In this document: piece after piece, positions 35,572-48,635 of the stretch
Layout: the number at the start of each line of letters is the position of its first letter
Position numbering within the stretch: the stretch's first letter is position 1
Origin: Haplodiscus bocki
Lineage: Eukaryota
Reading direction: 5' to 3'
NCBI GenBank assembly: GCA_965655095.1
Contig: OZ296652.1
Span: forward strand, 108,004,001-108,068,000
Length of the DNA: 64,000 bases
The notes under the pieces: model-generated
Told to the model about the DNA's origin: nothing
Seen by the model: only the letters and a program-made list of their open reading frames with translations
Database searches by the model: none
Position numbers and translations under genes: made by a program

Positions 35572-37299
35572 TTTTTCTTACAGCCAAATGCGTTCTTTTT
35601 TTCGTTTCAAATAACAAAACAAGTGTGTCCTTTCTATCGAAATAATCGATTTTCACGTGACAAACTGTTACCCAAAGAGAATAACCATAACCATCACGAA
35701 AAATACAGTCTTTACAAGAACAGCGATCTTTTCTTTAAAAGTTTGAAGTTTGTGAAACAGCCATACAAAAAATGTGTGAAAAGCAATATCTCAACAAAAG
35801 CTGTTTTAGAGAAGCTTCCGAATTCATATTTAATTCGTAAACTCCCATTGGTTGAAAGGATGATCTAGAAATTCAACTTATAGTTCTTTTTATACAGCTT
35901 TCACCTGCCTTGCAGCTGCGTGATCTCCTCAGATTCCAACCAAGAGATCCAGGGATCTCTCGAATTTGGTCCTAGGTCAGTTAACCTGACCCTGAAAGGT
36001 CTCGTCCAAGATTTGACAACAAGCTAAAAAACTCTTCTAACAGATTGGAGTTTGTTTTTGTCGCAAAAACAAGACTTTTCCGACAATCATTTGGCTCAAA
36101 ACCCGGTCATTCGTTATAGGCAACGAACATTTGGGTGGAGGCAAGAGCTTGTCCGTAGTGACGTAATGAAAGATATGACCATCAGCCTCGATGAGTTATC
36201 AAACATGGACGATGAAAGGGGAAAAATTCAGTTGGAGTTTGACGCTGTCGTTAAGTCAAGGATAAGCTGGACTCTTCACCAGCAGTCTTCAACGAATTAG
36301 TGAAGGGAGGGTCATCTGAAAACCCAATTGTGTTGGATGAAAAGCAAGACAAATTGAATACCTTCCTCCAACAACTCCTGTGTCTGAGCACCCAAATGAG
36401 CCTCCCTGGTCAGGTTGCTGAAAAGTTGTCCTTTGGGATAATTGGTTAATAGTGTGCCAGAATCTCTTTAGAGGATCTTGTTTGAACAAATAAAAAGTGT
36501 GTTTCTCATACTACTTACAAATAACTATAGTTTTTCAATCTGAACAAAGTCTTTTTCTAAACTAGTTAGACAAGTTTGTGACAAAAACAGTTTTGGTTTT
36601 GGAGACACTTTTTGTAGCAGCCAGTTTTTGCATAGATCGAGATCACTTGAAAAAACGGGATAGCAGTATAGTAACGAAGATCGAACTCATTGTGATAATG
36701 ACTGAAAAAGTTGGTGCTCGAACAGCTGATGCTGTTTTCTCTCGAAAGATTATTTTTTGGTCTGTAACTTTTCTTGATGAAAGTGATGAAATCGATGTAA
36801 AAAGTTTATGTGACGAATTTACAAAAACTTTCTGTTCAAAACGAAAAACTAAACAAATTTTTTGAAAAACTGAAATACGGGTTGAAAAAAACTGTTTTGA
36901 AAACGGATGCGCTGTGAAAATTTGAAAAGAAAACTGACCGTTTTAAAAAAAGTTGATTCAAAATGTGACATGACACAAAAATCATTCAATATATGACTCA
37001 TACGGAAAGGTATTCGCCAGATTCCTTCCTTTCGTAAATCACAATTTCCATTTTCACGGTGGGATATGACTCAAAACGTCAATTTTTTGCGGATTGTAGT
37101 CTTTCAAAAAGTTTGACACGACCAAAAAATGTCAAATCAGGTTCCGACACGTTGTGAAAAATTGAAAAGAACTTGAAATTGAAAAAACACGTTGAAAAGA
37201 ACTTTTTTAGAATTTGAAGCCTTGTAACTTTTCTTGTCAACCTTCACCTTCTAGGTTGATTTTCAGGCTCCAATTCAATGATCATTGCTGTTGTGAGTA

Positions 37300-39190
37300 A
37301 CAAAATTTGCTTGATGCTCAGAGCAGACAGTAAAGACACTGTGTTTGTGAAGTAAAATACCATGGTTTTTCATTGCAAAAGATATCTTTTCCTTCAACAC
37401 TTTGAAACCATTTCGTCTTTGACGACAAAAAATCATTCAAAATAGTTCTAGATAAAATTCTGTGAGGCAAACTTTCCGGAAATTCGCAGTTTTTGTCAAC
37501 ATACAACACTCCCAATACAAAAAGGCACGCTTCCTGACTGAGAGTCCATCCAATGTCTTTATCGGTTTTTTGGAAGAACAAAGAAAACTGAGCAACTCAA
37601 AAACCTAGACGGGACACAGAATCAACGCTGCACTTAGATTGGGTGAGGATAGTATCTGGTGCGTGCTCTCAGTACAGAACAAAAACAAGAATGTCTAATG
37701 AGAAAAAGAAGAATGCAGGGGTTGTCCAAGATATTTTTCCTTGATGAGCTGCGGAGTTGGTTACCTTATGGTTCCAGGACAGTTGTTGTGCTTAATAGCT
37801 ATTTTACTTGAACTACGGTTGATATTAGCGGATCTCATTCGACTACAAAAAAGTGTGTTTGAAAAGATGTTTTTTAAGATAACAAAAAGTTAGTATAATT
37901 ATAAAAGAGACGACCTACAAAACTTAAAGGTTGAGTTCGTTGACAATCATTTTGTTTTGTTCATTTCTATTTGCAAACACTAATCCACTAGCTTTCGATG
38001 ATTCTGTGTTTTAGAAGGAGCTCAATAAACGCTGCTCTTTCTAGTTAAGTCTCCTTTTCTTGTAGTGCTGGGCCTGTTTTAGTTTTCTCTTTCACTGTGG
38101 TTCAAGTAGACGGCTGTCTGCACTCTACCACACGTTCTTCGGTTGTTGGCGACAATTCTACTACCAGATCGATACCTGATTTCTAAATTTAGACAGATCC
38201 CGAAACTTAAGTTAAACAGGCTAATTCTGCAGCAACTCATCATTGTCTCCAGGTAGCTTTCTGAGATATCTGCAATTACGTAAAAAGCAAAATTTGTCAT
38301 TCTGTTGGGTAATGCAGTAGTTTTTACATGCAGTATATTTTTTATTAACTTGTAGAGAAACAAAGAAAGGCTGATCTTTGAATATTTTTCATAATTCTGG
38401 GAATCACTTTTAACAGTGCAGATGCCATCTGATTGTCTAGTTGTTTTTTTGATCAATTGAGTCTGAAAAACAATATTAAAGTACGTTTTGTAACAAGAGT
38501 TTCCTTATAAACAAATGAGTAGTTTCCTACGCACAATTCCTACGCCCAGATCCCATCATCTGCAAGAAAGGAGTAGAAGACCAAAATTCAACAGATTGCG
38601 TACGTGAAGTTTAATCTCGAAAAAGTTTTATGTTTGTTTGACCTAGTAATTTCTGTGTATGATTAAGTCTTTGGTAGGCAACCCATTTGTAACGTCCAGT
38701 GTAAGTATTTACAACTTTTTTTAACTCATTCTATAGTTTTCCTTCTGAGTTTCTGAGAGAAGATGCGTTAGAATTTTTGAGATAACAAAACTTTCGTTCT
38801 CAAGCTAATAAGAAAATTGGCAATTTATCTTGTTGTATTTACAAAACCCAACAATTTTCTTCATTGGATGCAATGATTTGTTCGAAATGCTACTGTTGGC
38901 AGATTTGGAAAAAATTTACCGCAAAGATGACGTCTTGTTCTTCGCCTAAACTGCATAAAATGCGATGCCAGGAGAAAAAAAGCAATAAAAACCGGACTCG
39001 GGCAGCCAACTTGAAGTTTGTCGTATGCCGCATCCGAAACACCGCTTGATTGAAAATTTTGCAAACGGAACTGAATATGATGAGTATGAAATCTGCTTTC
39101 TAAATGCGTCTTTCTGCAGAGTTATATTGATGTGTTCTCCAAGCGTAGCATTGTGCTGGATGAAACAATTGTTCATAATAATTAAGTTCA
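37300..39190 (+). pseudogene. Very decayed C-terminal pPolB-like remnants
   Basis: Faint motifs: NYG...GSHSTTK (~37810-37850, motif B-like) and VFSKRSIVLDET (~39130-39170, resembles terminal 'Y.KRIV..DG'). Confidence 0.35.
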
Positions 39191-39599
39191 TCAACAAAAA
39201 ATTTTGTTCTTTTTGAGAATGTTTTCGATACTACTGGGTATCTAAATTGACAGTTACATACAATAGTGTTCGCAAAAACTTAATTCTAAGTGCAATTACT
39301 GTTGGACTGATAGAAAATTTTGCTCAAGGTTGACCAATAAATCCTAGTTGGAAGACTCATTTTCGGTCTCCCAAAGCATTTAGACCACATGTATTACCAC
39401 ATGAGGCTGCTGCAGCAGTGTCGTTACACACTGATGAAAATACTGGCTACTGTTACATGAATAGACCAGGATCATTTTGATGTTGGCTTGTTCACGTGGC
39501 TCGGCTACACTTTTAGCCTCACATGAAACTGCTTCTGCATTCTATTTTCAGTTTTTTCAACTTTTCAAGCAGAATGTCCCGCCTTGTACTTGTTTTTTG

Positions 39600-40010
39600 A
39601 TTTAATATTTAGATAAGTTTTCTAGGAGTTGGGAGATTTAATTGTTAGTAATGTTCAAGCATACTCCGTTTGATCTCCAAAACGTACAACCCATAGAAAA
39701 TCATTTTGGTGTACGAGAAGCTTGCAAGGAGTTGTTTGTTAGGACAGCGAAAAGTTGGAATACAGTGAGCTCTCAAACATTCTTCCTAAACGTGTAAAAG
39801 CTGAACACTTTGCAAAGAAGACAGAAAAATGCAAGGTTCTTCCAAACTTGCAGTTCATTGGAAAAAAGGTGGAAAACTTGGATGTTCATGGCTGCCCCAA
39901 AATCTATTGAACTTGCACATCCCAGACTAGATAAAAGAATTTGGCTTTGCTACAGTTACCCCTTTCAGACAAGACCAAACATCACTGATTTGTTTTGTAA
40001 CTGTACCAAG
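39600..40010 (+). pseudogene. Polinton accessory ORF remnant
   Basis: SFWCTRSLQG...LEYSELSNILPKRVKAEHFAKKTEKCKVL...KKVENLDVHGCPK...WLCYSYPF; coding-like and co-oriented with element A. Confidence 0.5.
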
Positions 40011-41009
40011 CACGTTTTGAATTTTTTCATTTTATGTTTTGCCATGTATTGCTTGTGTCTACGTATTCGAATCTTTCATACTGTTTCAGTTATATTGCAA
40101 GTTTCATGGCTGAGAATGTGCGGGTACAATCTAGATGACTGATTAAGAGAACAATATTCTAGGCAAAACTTTCATTGACGACAACGATCACGAAAGTCAG
40201 TCGTTGTCTTATTTGCACAAATCTGCTCCATGTCTCTGGTTGTCATTATAACTCAACCAGTTGATTGTTCGTTTACCATCTGTTGTTTTTTCCGTAGCAA
40301 ACAACTCTCAAGATCCTTTGACCAATCAAATGTTGGGGTGGGAGTTTTGTTCAGTGCAGCGTGATATTTTTTATCATCGGCAGGATCATAAACAAGGTGG
40401 TTTCTACAGAGGAAAGGGTCATCATACCTTTGCTGGGAGCTCGTGAGATTGAAACACCGCTACGTAATTACATTTGGTTGAAGTTGGAAAGTTTTAACCG
40501 AATAATAACAATAACTTTTATAATAAAGGTATTGGCTACTTTACGATGCAACGGAGAGACAAAGTCAAAATTTCGAGTCTTTTCGTTGGGTAAAGCTTGA
40601 ATGTATCGATTCTCTGAGAAACAGCGAGACTAGGTACAAGAAATTTTTGACCTTTCATCTGAAAAGATTTGCAACTCAGTAATTTTTCCTGATAATGCCA
40701 TATTAGGTAGAAATTGGGCATACAGTATTCCAAATATTCAACACATTTTTTCATCAAAGTCATTCATGTCGAGAGGTTGAGCTCCAATACGCAACCAATG
40801 TTCTGTTCGAAACTCCCCGGGATGTTAAAAAAAGTCACTACAGTTTATACAGAACGGTTTTGGATCAGAACTGTTTGGTAGGGAGATAAAACGGTTCTTC
40901 ACCTAAGTCGATTGGTGATCGACTTGCAAACAGTGGTTCCATCCCAGCAATGTTTTGCAATCCTGAATGCTTAAGGCTTTCTCAGTTTCTGGACAATGAA
41001 CGCACAAAA

Positions 41010-41715
41010 CCTCGCTACTCTCCAATTGTTCCAATCAATTTCCCGCAAACGCAAATTCACTTCCTTCACATTTGCCGAAAAGAGTTCATGCGACTTTTCT
41101 GCGAAAGGTTAGTAATTCTGCTCCAACGAAACCTGCAGAGTATGAAAAGACATCACATGGCAAAATTTCAGAACAAATTTTGAATTTATTTTTTTATGAA
41201 AGTATTATTTTCGGAGCAAAGTAGAGGAGACCTTGCACTCCAGAAATGTTTACAAATCGAAAAAGTCATCACTTCTCCCATCCTCAACCATTTTCCTACC
41301 CTGCTTGGTCTACCAATTTGGTCTCTTCCGTGCTTTTAGGTACAACAAGAGTTTCTTCATGCGCTCAAATACAACCCGGAAACTTCCGAAACATGAAACC
41401 TAACAACATCCCAAAAACCAAAATGAATTGCTTGAAAAGGAAATCAACAAATACATTTTTGTCAAAGTTGACTCATTAGCAGAAAGCAATTTGTCTGGTT
41501 TCCTTATTGAGTCCTCAAACTCTCAATCGATAGCTTGAATGATGCAGAACTTGGAGTCATACTGTCATAATTTGCTATACAATTGCGTCGTTGAAAAGTA
41601 GCCGTTCGAGAGATTTACTTTGTTTTACTTGACGCTGCTGGTATAATTGCGAATCTGGTTCAAAATCAAAATGCCAAGGCCCAAGGGAGTCGACTCTTGG
41701 TCCCTTCCGATATCA
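41010..41715 (+). pseudogene. Two conserved Polinton accessory ORFs upstream of integrase (duplicated at 43120-43825)
   Basis: FLHICRKEFMRLFCERLVILLQRNLQSMKRHHMAKFQ, and YNKSF...EKEINK...EIYFVLLDAAGIIANLVQNQNAKA; homologous sequence occurs on the - strand at 19800-20400. Confidence 0.55.
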
Positions 41716-41719
41716 GAAC

Positions 41720-42600
41720 ACATAAAGTTGTTGCAAAGCTTTTGCGAAGAATTTGGTGCTGCTTATGGGTCTGTTCGCAAATTAAGGTAGAATAGCATTC
41801 TAGGAGTATGAAAGATGAGACAATCTTTACATTCAAAAGCTTTTTGTAAAAAATATATTCAGGCCACACATAAAATCCAGAGCATTATTTGCATTTCTTA
41901 GATTCAAAACATGTTTATGGTGTATGGATGTCCTGTATGTTGATAAACTAGCGAAAGATAGAAGCGATATCAAGTTTTCAATAGTTCAAAGAAGATTTAT
42001 TTGATTAAACTGTAGTTGCGAAGGGATTGAAAACAAAGGATTCCAGAGGAAGTGTTTGACCTTTTTTAACCATGATTACAAAAACATTCGACTCAAAAAA
42101 ATTTAGGTTGTCAACGTTACAGAACTCTCTGAAGAGTTTGAAATTTTTTGCAGAGCTGGAGTAATGTCATTTCACTCTACAAGGAGTGAGATTAAGGCTG
42201 CATTTGCTAAACTTTTAGAATGATTCTGAAAGAAAATCCCCACTGTTACAAGGAAAATTATGGACACAAGTTTTCCCAGTTTGTAACAATTGATTTCTAT
42301 AGAAAACTGCTCGACAGACTTTTCACCGAAAAATATCAAGAATGTTGAAATTTGTCCTTTCTCTCTGCACAAAAAAACACTAGGTGGAAAAACGAACCCA
42401 AGTTTTCAAAAAGGAGTCAAAATTCATTTTCCCATGTTTGATTTACACTTCAGGCAGGTTTTCGAGTCATAACTTATACCAGAATCTCCTGAAAATATTA
42501 CAGCTGCTTCTAAAGAACCGCTAACATAAACTAAAGAGATTACCAGAATGAGATTGCGCGTGGTAATTTTTACAAAGCTGAATTGGTCGAAGTCGTTTAT
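41720..42600 (+). pseudogene. Polinton retroviral-like (rve/DDE) integrase, copy 1
   Basis: GAAYGSVR, WCMDVLYVDKLAKDRSDIKF, EDLFD*TVVAKGLKTKDS, HSTRSEIKAAFAK, FDLHFRQ; many frameshifts. Confidence 0.85.
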
Positions 42601-43829
42601 ACAAGGAATCCTTCTCTGGTTTCTAATACATCTGCACAGCTATATAGCTATCTCCAGACAATACTCCTAGCTTTTAAACTAATTCATGTCGGAGCAACTA
42701 AATCTACAGAACCATAGGGTGGTTGCAACTTCGGAAATATCTTAACCATCAATGTACCAAAATGTTACGCAGGGAAACCTCAAAACTTGTGACGCAAGAC
42801 TCCCAACTTCGCAATAACTTTTTTTATCTGAAAGTATTCCAAATTTTCAACACATTTTTTTCATCAAAGTCATTCATGTCGAGAGGTTGAGCTCCAATAC
42901 GCAACCAAAGTTCTGTTCAAAACTCCCCGGGATGTTAAAAAAAGTCACTACAGTTTATACAGAACGGTTTTGGATCAGAACTGTTTGGTAGGGAGATAAA
43001 ACGGTTCTTCACCTAAGTCGATTGGTGATCGACTTGCAAACAGTGGTTCCATCCCAGCAATGTTTTGCAATCCTGAATGCTTAAGGCTTTCTCAGTTTCT
43101 GGACAATGAACGCACAAAACCTCGCTACTCTCCAATTGTTCCAATCAATTTCCCGCAAACGCAAATTCACTTCCTTCACATTTGCCGAAAAGAGTTCATG
43201 CGACTTTTCTGCGAAAGGTTAGTAATTCTGCTCCAACGAAACCTGCAGAGTATGAAAAGACATCACATGGCAAAATTTCAGAACAAATTTTGAATTTATT
43301 TTTTTATGAAAGTATTATTTTCGGAGCAAAGTAGAGGAGACCTTGCACTCCAGAAATGTTTACAAATCGAAAAAGTCATCACTTCTCCCATCCTCAACCA
43401 TTTTCCTACCCTGCTTGGTCTACCAATTTGGTCTCTTCCGTGCTTTTAGGTACAACAAGAGTTTCTTCATGCGCTCAAATACAACCCGGAAACTTCCGAA
43501 ACATGAAACCTAACAACATCCCAAAAACCAAAATGAATTGCTTGAAAAGGAAATCAACAAATACATTTTTGTCAAAGTTGACTCATTAGCAGAAAGCAAT
43601 TTGTCTGGTTTCCTTATTGAGTCCTCAAACTCTCAATCGATAGCTTGAATGATGCAGAACTTGGAGTCATACTGTCATAATTTGCTATACAATTGCGTCG
43701 TTGAAAAGTAGCCGTTCGAGAGATTTACTTTGTTTTACTTGACGCTGCTGGTATAATTGCGAATCTGGTTCAAAATCAAAATGCCAAGGCCCAAGGGAGT
43801 CGACTCTTGGTCCCTTCCGATATCAGAAC

Positions 43830-44710
43830 ACATAAAGTTGTTGCAAAGCTTTTGCGAAGAATTTGGTGCTGCTTATGGGTCTGTTCGCAAATTAAGGTAG
43901 AATAGCATTCTAGGAGTATGAAAGATGAGACAATCTTTACATTCAAAAGCTTTTTGTAAAAAATATATTCAGGCCACACATAAAATCCAGAGCATTATTT
44001 GCATTTCTTAGATTCAAAACATGTTTATGGTGTATGGATGTCCTGTATGTTGATAAACTAGCGAAAGATAGAAGCGATATCAAGTTTTCAATAGTTCAAA
44101 GAAGATTTATTTGATTAAACTGTAGTTGCGAAGGGATTGAAAACAAAGGATTCCAGAGGAAGTGTTTGACCTTTTTTAACCATGATTACAAAAACATTCG
44201 ACTCAAAAAAATTTAGGTTGTCAACGTTACAGAACTCTCTGAAGAGTTTGAAATTTTTTGCAGAGCTGGAGTAATGTCATTTCACTCTACAAGGAGTGAG
44301 ATTAAGGCTGCATTTGCTAAACTTTTAGAATGATTCTGAAAGAAAATCCCCACTGTTACAAGGAAAATTATGGACACAAGTTTTCCCAGTTTGTAACAAT
44401 TGATTTCTATAGAAAACTGCTCGACAGACTTCTCACCGAAAAATATCAAGAATGTTGAAATTTGTCCTTTCTCTCTGCACAAAAAAACACTAGGTGGAAA
44501 AACGAACCCAAGTTTTCAAAAAGGAGTCAAAATTCATTTTCCCATGTTTGATTTACACTTCAGGCAGGTTTTCGAGTCATAACTTATACCAGAATCTCCT
44601 GAAAATATTACAGCTTCTTCTAAAGAACCGCTAACATAAACTAAAGAGATTACCAGAATGAGATTGCGCGTGGTAATTTTTACAAAGCTGAATTGGTCGA
44701 AGTCGTTTAT
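43830..44710 (+). pseudogene. Polinton integrase, copy 2 (tandem duplication)
   Basis: Essentially identical to 41720-42600. Confidence 0.85.
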
Positions 44711-44711
44711 A

Positions 44712-45500
44712 CAAGGAATCCTTCTCTGGTTTCTAATACATCTGCACAGCTATATAGCTATCTCCAGACAATACTCCTAGCTTTTAAACTAATTCATGTC
44801 GGAGCAACTAAATCTACAGAACCATAGGGTGGTTGCAACTTCGGAAATATCTTAACCATCAATGTACCAAAATGTTACGCAGGGAAACCTCAAAACTTGT
44901 GACGCAAGACTCCCAACTTCGCAATAACTTTTTTTTATCTGGAACCTGGCCCTCACTTTTCCTTTACGGTTGTTTTGGAATCCATGAAAACGTCTTTTGA
45001 GGAAAAGCAGCAACACACCGGTAATTGTATCACACTCCATTTGTCTCGGGGAACGGAAAAAGCTGATATTTAGTTAAAAGTTCAGGGATCCAGACTCACT
45101 TTATGTAGTGAAGATATCGGTAACAATTGTGGAAGCAATGTTGGCAACAATTTCGGATCTTTGTCGAGAGGAAGAGGACTTACAAGTCAGAATTTGTCCA
45201 CAACTTCGCTCGCGAACTTTTTTTATGACACACACACTTGATTGGGTACAATATTGTCGTCAATACAACAATTCTTTTGCTGCGCTTCATCGTTTCTTTT
45301 CCAAAACTAAAAACTGTAGACCTTATACAAACAAGAGCATATGTCAACTATCAGGGGTTTACTAACCTATTAATTAGACAGCTGCAAAAAGCTTTTGTTA
45401 ATGGTATCCACAAAAATTAGGGAGATATTGGCCGCCTAAAATTGTCTTTTTGGCATCTATTGGCTCTACTCCATTGGTTCTGTTTCTATAATAGCTTCCA
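44712..45500 (+). pseudogene. Polinton penton/minor capsid protein of element A (truncated copy at 42602-42830)
   Basis: LVSNTSAQLY...PDNTPSF...SEQLNLQNHRVVATSEIS*PSMYQNVTQG...FYLEPG matches the N-terminal 'L.SN.S...P.NT.S.F...L.L...W.VA..EI.YP' penton motif. Confidence 0.75.
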
Positions 45501-45529
45501 GAGTTCCTTTTCAACAAAAAAAAACATCA

Positions 45530-45800
45530 TGAGATGATTGATTCAAGCAAAAGAGATAATCCATGCTGAACAATTATTAGTCGACAGCGACGATGAGGTT
45601 CGGTGCACTTGCAAATGTTAATGGGTGATGACCAATTCCGTTGTGACGAAAATATGTCGCGCCAGCTGTAAAACGCTTGGGTGCTGATTCGTTGGGATTT
45701 GCTGCACCAAAAGTTTCACAAATGTTGGTGTTATAAAAAAACTCAAGAGAGCCGTTAAGGAAAAAAGAATGCTACTTAGAAAAAACAATTGCTTAGTGAT
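45530..45800 (+). pseudogene. Small basic core-like protein with protease cleavage-like motif
   Basis: RQRR*/GFGALA...RKYVAPAVKRLGAD...AAPKV; sits between penton and major capsid genes. Confidence 0.55.
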
Positions 45801-45879
45801 AGTAAAACGAAGAAAATCCTTCTAGCCAAATCTAGCAAACGAGCGACTCCTTAGAGTAGAAAGGTTTAAAAACTTTTCT

Positions 45880-47090
45880 AAAATTCGGACAATTTTCAGT
45901 ACCAAAAATTTGTGGCAGTTTCTGGAAAACTGAGAGGGGAAAGTCCCAACAGTTGATGAAGTTTTGTTCTCCCATGAACAAGAAATTCGTCCAAATACTT
46001 CTCTTGACGAAAACTGCATAGACTTCGAATTTCAAAGGGATCGCAATTCCTACGTTGATTTGATAGAGTTTTTTTTGGTTGTGAAACTAAAAGTCATAAA
46101 AGGTGAAGGTTTTCAAACATACAGTACCGAAGAAAACAAGAAATAACACTTTAAAAATAAAAAGAGTTGAAGCAGATGAGGAAATAAAAAAAACGAAGTC
46201 CAGTTTTTCTGGTTACTCACGTAAACAAGGTATGCTTTCACTTCATAACAAAATTGTGATGTTTGTCAACAATCAACAATTTGAAAACTTAAAAGGATTC
46301 GCTGTGCACAAGTCTTATATTTCCAATAAGTTCAAGAGAGTCGTCTCTGAACACAAACCGTTTTGTACTCCGAAGGGTATGAACATGAATATAGCACCAA
46401 TAATATTTTGGATGCGCCCTTGCCTGAGCCCTTCTTTAGAAGAAAAAGAAAATTGCTGCAGACGTCTTCATGTTGTGTGGTAAATTGGGAGTCGTCTTTG
46501 CCTCCACTTCTGGCTTCCTACATCCAAGTATGAAAGTTAAGCAAAAACAAATGAGCCAGACGTAATTCTCTAACGATTAGCTACAACCCCAACTATCTTT
46601 GAATGTTCGCTTTAAGTCGACTTATTGCTCTCGAAGATTCTCATCACAAAAAAGGACTGGATATGTTTGCATTTTTACTCGCGGCTTACAACTATCTAGA
46701 CACTCCAGCAAATATCTTCACCTGACCCGCTTCAATAAGTCTCTTCGTTAAAAAAAACGTTTTATACAATGCTCCATTTTGTTGAATTGCCCTTGCAATC
46801 AATACAAACTCTGCATTCACTGGATCTTTAACAAAAAATCCATTCTGTTAACGTCAGTTCCATACCAGACAAGCTAGAACACTCAGAGGAAGTTAGCCAT
46901 CTGCAGATTTTGAGTCTGCTTACATTTCTTGCTTATTAGATATAACAGGGATATCAACGAACTTTGAAAATGATTTGCCCTCTATTTCAATTGCTAAATT
47001 CCAACACAACTAGGGACTAGTAGACTATATGACTTCCCTGTAAGATGCTACTGAAAATTGTCATTACCCAGAACCAGTTAGAACAATCTC
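45880..47090 (+). pseudogene. Polinton major capsid protein (double jelly-roll, hexon-like)
   Basis: EQEIRPNTSLDENCIDFEFQRDRNSYVDL...VKLKVIK; IVMFVNNQQ...HKSYISN; IALAINTNSAFTGSLTKNPF; DATENCHYPE. Confidence 0.85.
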
Positions 47091-47519
47091 GTATTTTGAA
47101 AAAGACTCCTCTGATACCAAACATTCGACATTCCCTCTTGGGTGTTGTCATCGCCTTGAATGTTTTAGGAAATACCACACTATTTATTCGATTAAGCAAA
47201 AAAATTTAATTGCCTGAGTTGACTATTGATTGCACAAAAGAAGGGTACTCCAAATTCCAGTACCATTGGAAGCAAGTCTTCTCCCGACAATGTCTCTTAG
47301 CTGTTCTTTCACCTACAGCGATGCCAAAAAAGCTCAAATTTTCTAAAGGAGGATAAACCATAAATTTGATACAATAGGGCAAATTACCCGAAACAAGTCA
47401 GCCATCTACTCCTGGCATTTATTCCGCCCACCAAGTTTGTTGAGGATGTCTTTTCATGGGATGAATCTTTTTTTTTCAAATTCTCTATTCGACTTCTTTA
47501 TAGATTATCCAAAAGCAAT

Positions 47520-47790
47520 ATTTATCCAATTTCTGCGAAAAGCCCTCAATTCAGGCGGAAAAATCACCTTTTAATGAAGTTTTGTCGTTTGAAGCGCATT
47601 CTACAGTAAATTGCCACATTTAGCGTTTTGAATCGAAAAAAAAATGAACCATCTATTTGTTCAAAACAAAACGAAAACATTGAAGGTTTTTTGAAGTCTT
47701 ACTTTTCCAATCGCATACTACTGCAAAGCTCCCACACTTTTTCGAGAAAAAATTATCACGCTCAGAAAGTGTCCGCTCTAGTCATTCTTT
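47520..47790 (-). repeat. Diverged reverse-oriented relative of the repeat unit at 853-1140
   Basis: The reverse complement cgctaaatgtggcaatttactgtagaatgcgc (47594-47625) resembles cgctaaaggtggcaaatttgccgtagaatgcga (971). Confidence 0.55.
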
Positions 47791-48039
47791 ATTAATTGGC
47801 AAAAACTGGACAAAAACAATTGCGTTGAGTGGATGGTTTTCCTCCTATTTTATCAAGATGGCGCAAAAAAAATTACTTGAATGGGAGTGTTAATGAGACG
47901 AATAGGTTTACCATTGGGTTTAAAATGGTCCATAAAATGATCAAATTTCTGTTGACAATCAAAACAAACAGATATTTACTCAAAACTCTGCTGTCGAATT
48001 TGTCGGGCGCGAAACTTTTTGTAAACTTCAGAGGGTTAT

Positions 48040-48635
48040 TCCCAAAAAAATTGTCAAAAACTTTTCGTCTCAGTATTACAGTACCGACAAATTAGTGAGA
48101 TGGCCCTTCTGGTATTTCTGAAAGATTCTGGTGCTGCCCAATTTTCGGACACGATAACTTTGTTGAACAACAAACAGGAGTGTCTCAAAAAGTTCGTGTT
48201 ACGTAAAGAATTCGTGAAGGGGGCCCTTTTAGTGGTTTCTATAGATTGCGTAATCGAAAAAATTTTTGCAAAGGAGGAATATAACGACTTTCGTTGATTT
48301 TTTTTCATGCAATAGTACGAAACAATTTCGTAGCGGAACCATTTGTTGCTTTTAAAAAGTTCTATGGTACAAGAAAACTTTTTACTTGAAAGAAGAGAGC
48401 AGTATAACTTTTTTGCACGAACTTTTTTTAACTGTGAAAATATCTTGGTCTTTCTGAAACCTTCAGGGGTTGACCAATTTGTGGGTGCAAAAATTTGGGT
48501 AAACCATAGAGAGGGGTATCACAGGAAAGATATCAAAAACTTTTCGTATCACAGAGAAATTTCGTCAGGGTGGCCTTTTCGGAGTTTCAGAAAGATTTTG
48601 GTATCAGAGAAATTTACACATAGGAAGGGTGGTTC
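48040..48635 (+). repeat. Degenerate ~116-bp tandem array (about 5 units)
   Basis: Recurring GTAC..AA..TTCGT...GGCCCTT...GTTTC.GAAAGATT.TGGT at ~48080, 48198, 48314, 48440, 48546. Confidence 0.6.

Larger units (their letters stand above)
40724..44941 (+). repeat. 2110-bp near-identical tandem duplication
   Basis: Copies ~40724-42831 and ~42833-44941; ORF-track entries repeat at a +2110 offset; only a handful of mismatches seen. Confidence 0.97.
25400..47100 (+). mobile_element. Heavily decayed Polinton/Maverick (adintovirus-like) element A, interrupted by insertions and a gap
   Basis: Co-oriented remnants of pPolB, accessory ORFs, integrase, penton, core-like protein and major capsid protein. 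Termini not identified; continuity across the gap is assumed. Confidence 0.75.

Noticed and set aside
35287-35868. 193-aa and 106-aa ORFs in the track
   Set aside because: Artefacts of translating through 200 Ns.
38080-38600. Possible ATPase remnant of element A (and a protease remnant at ~47240-47400)
   Set aside because: Only faint resemblance; no Walker or catalytic motifs recognisable.
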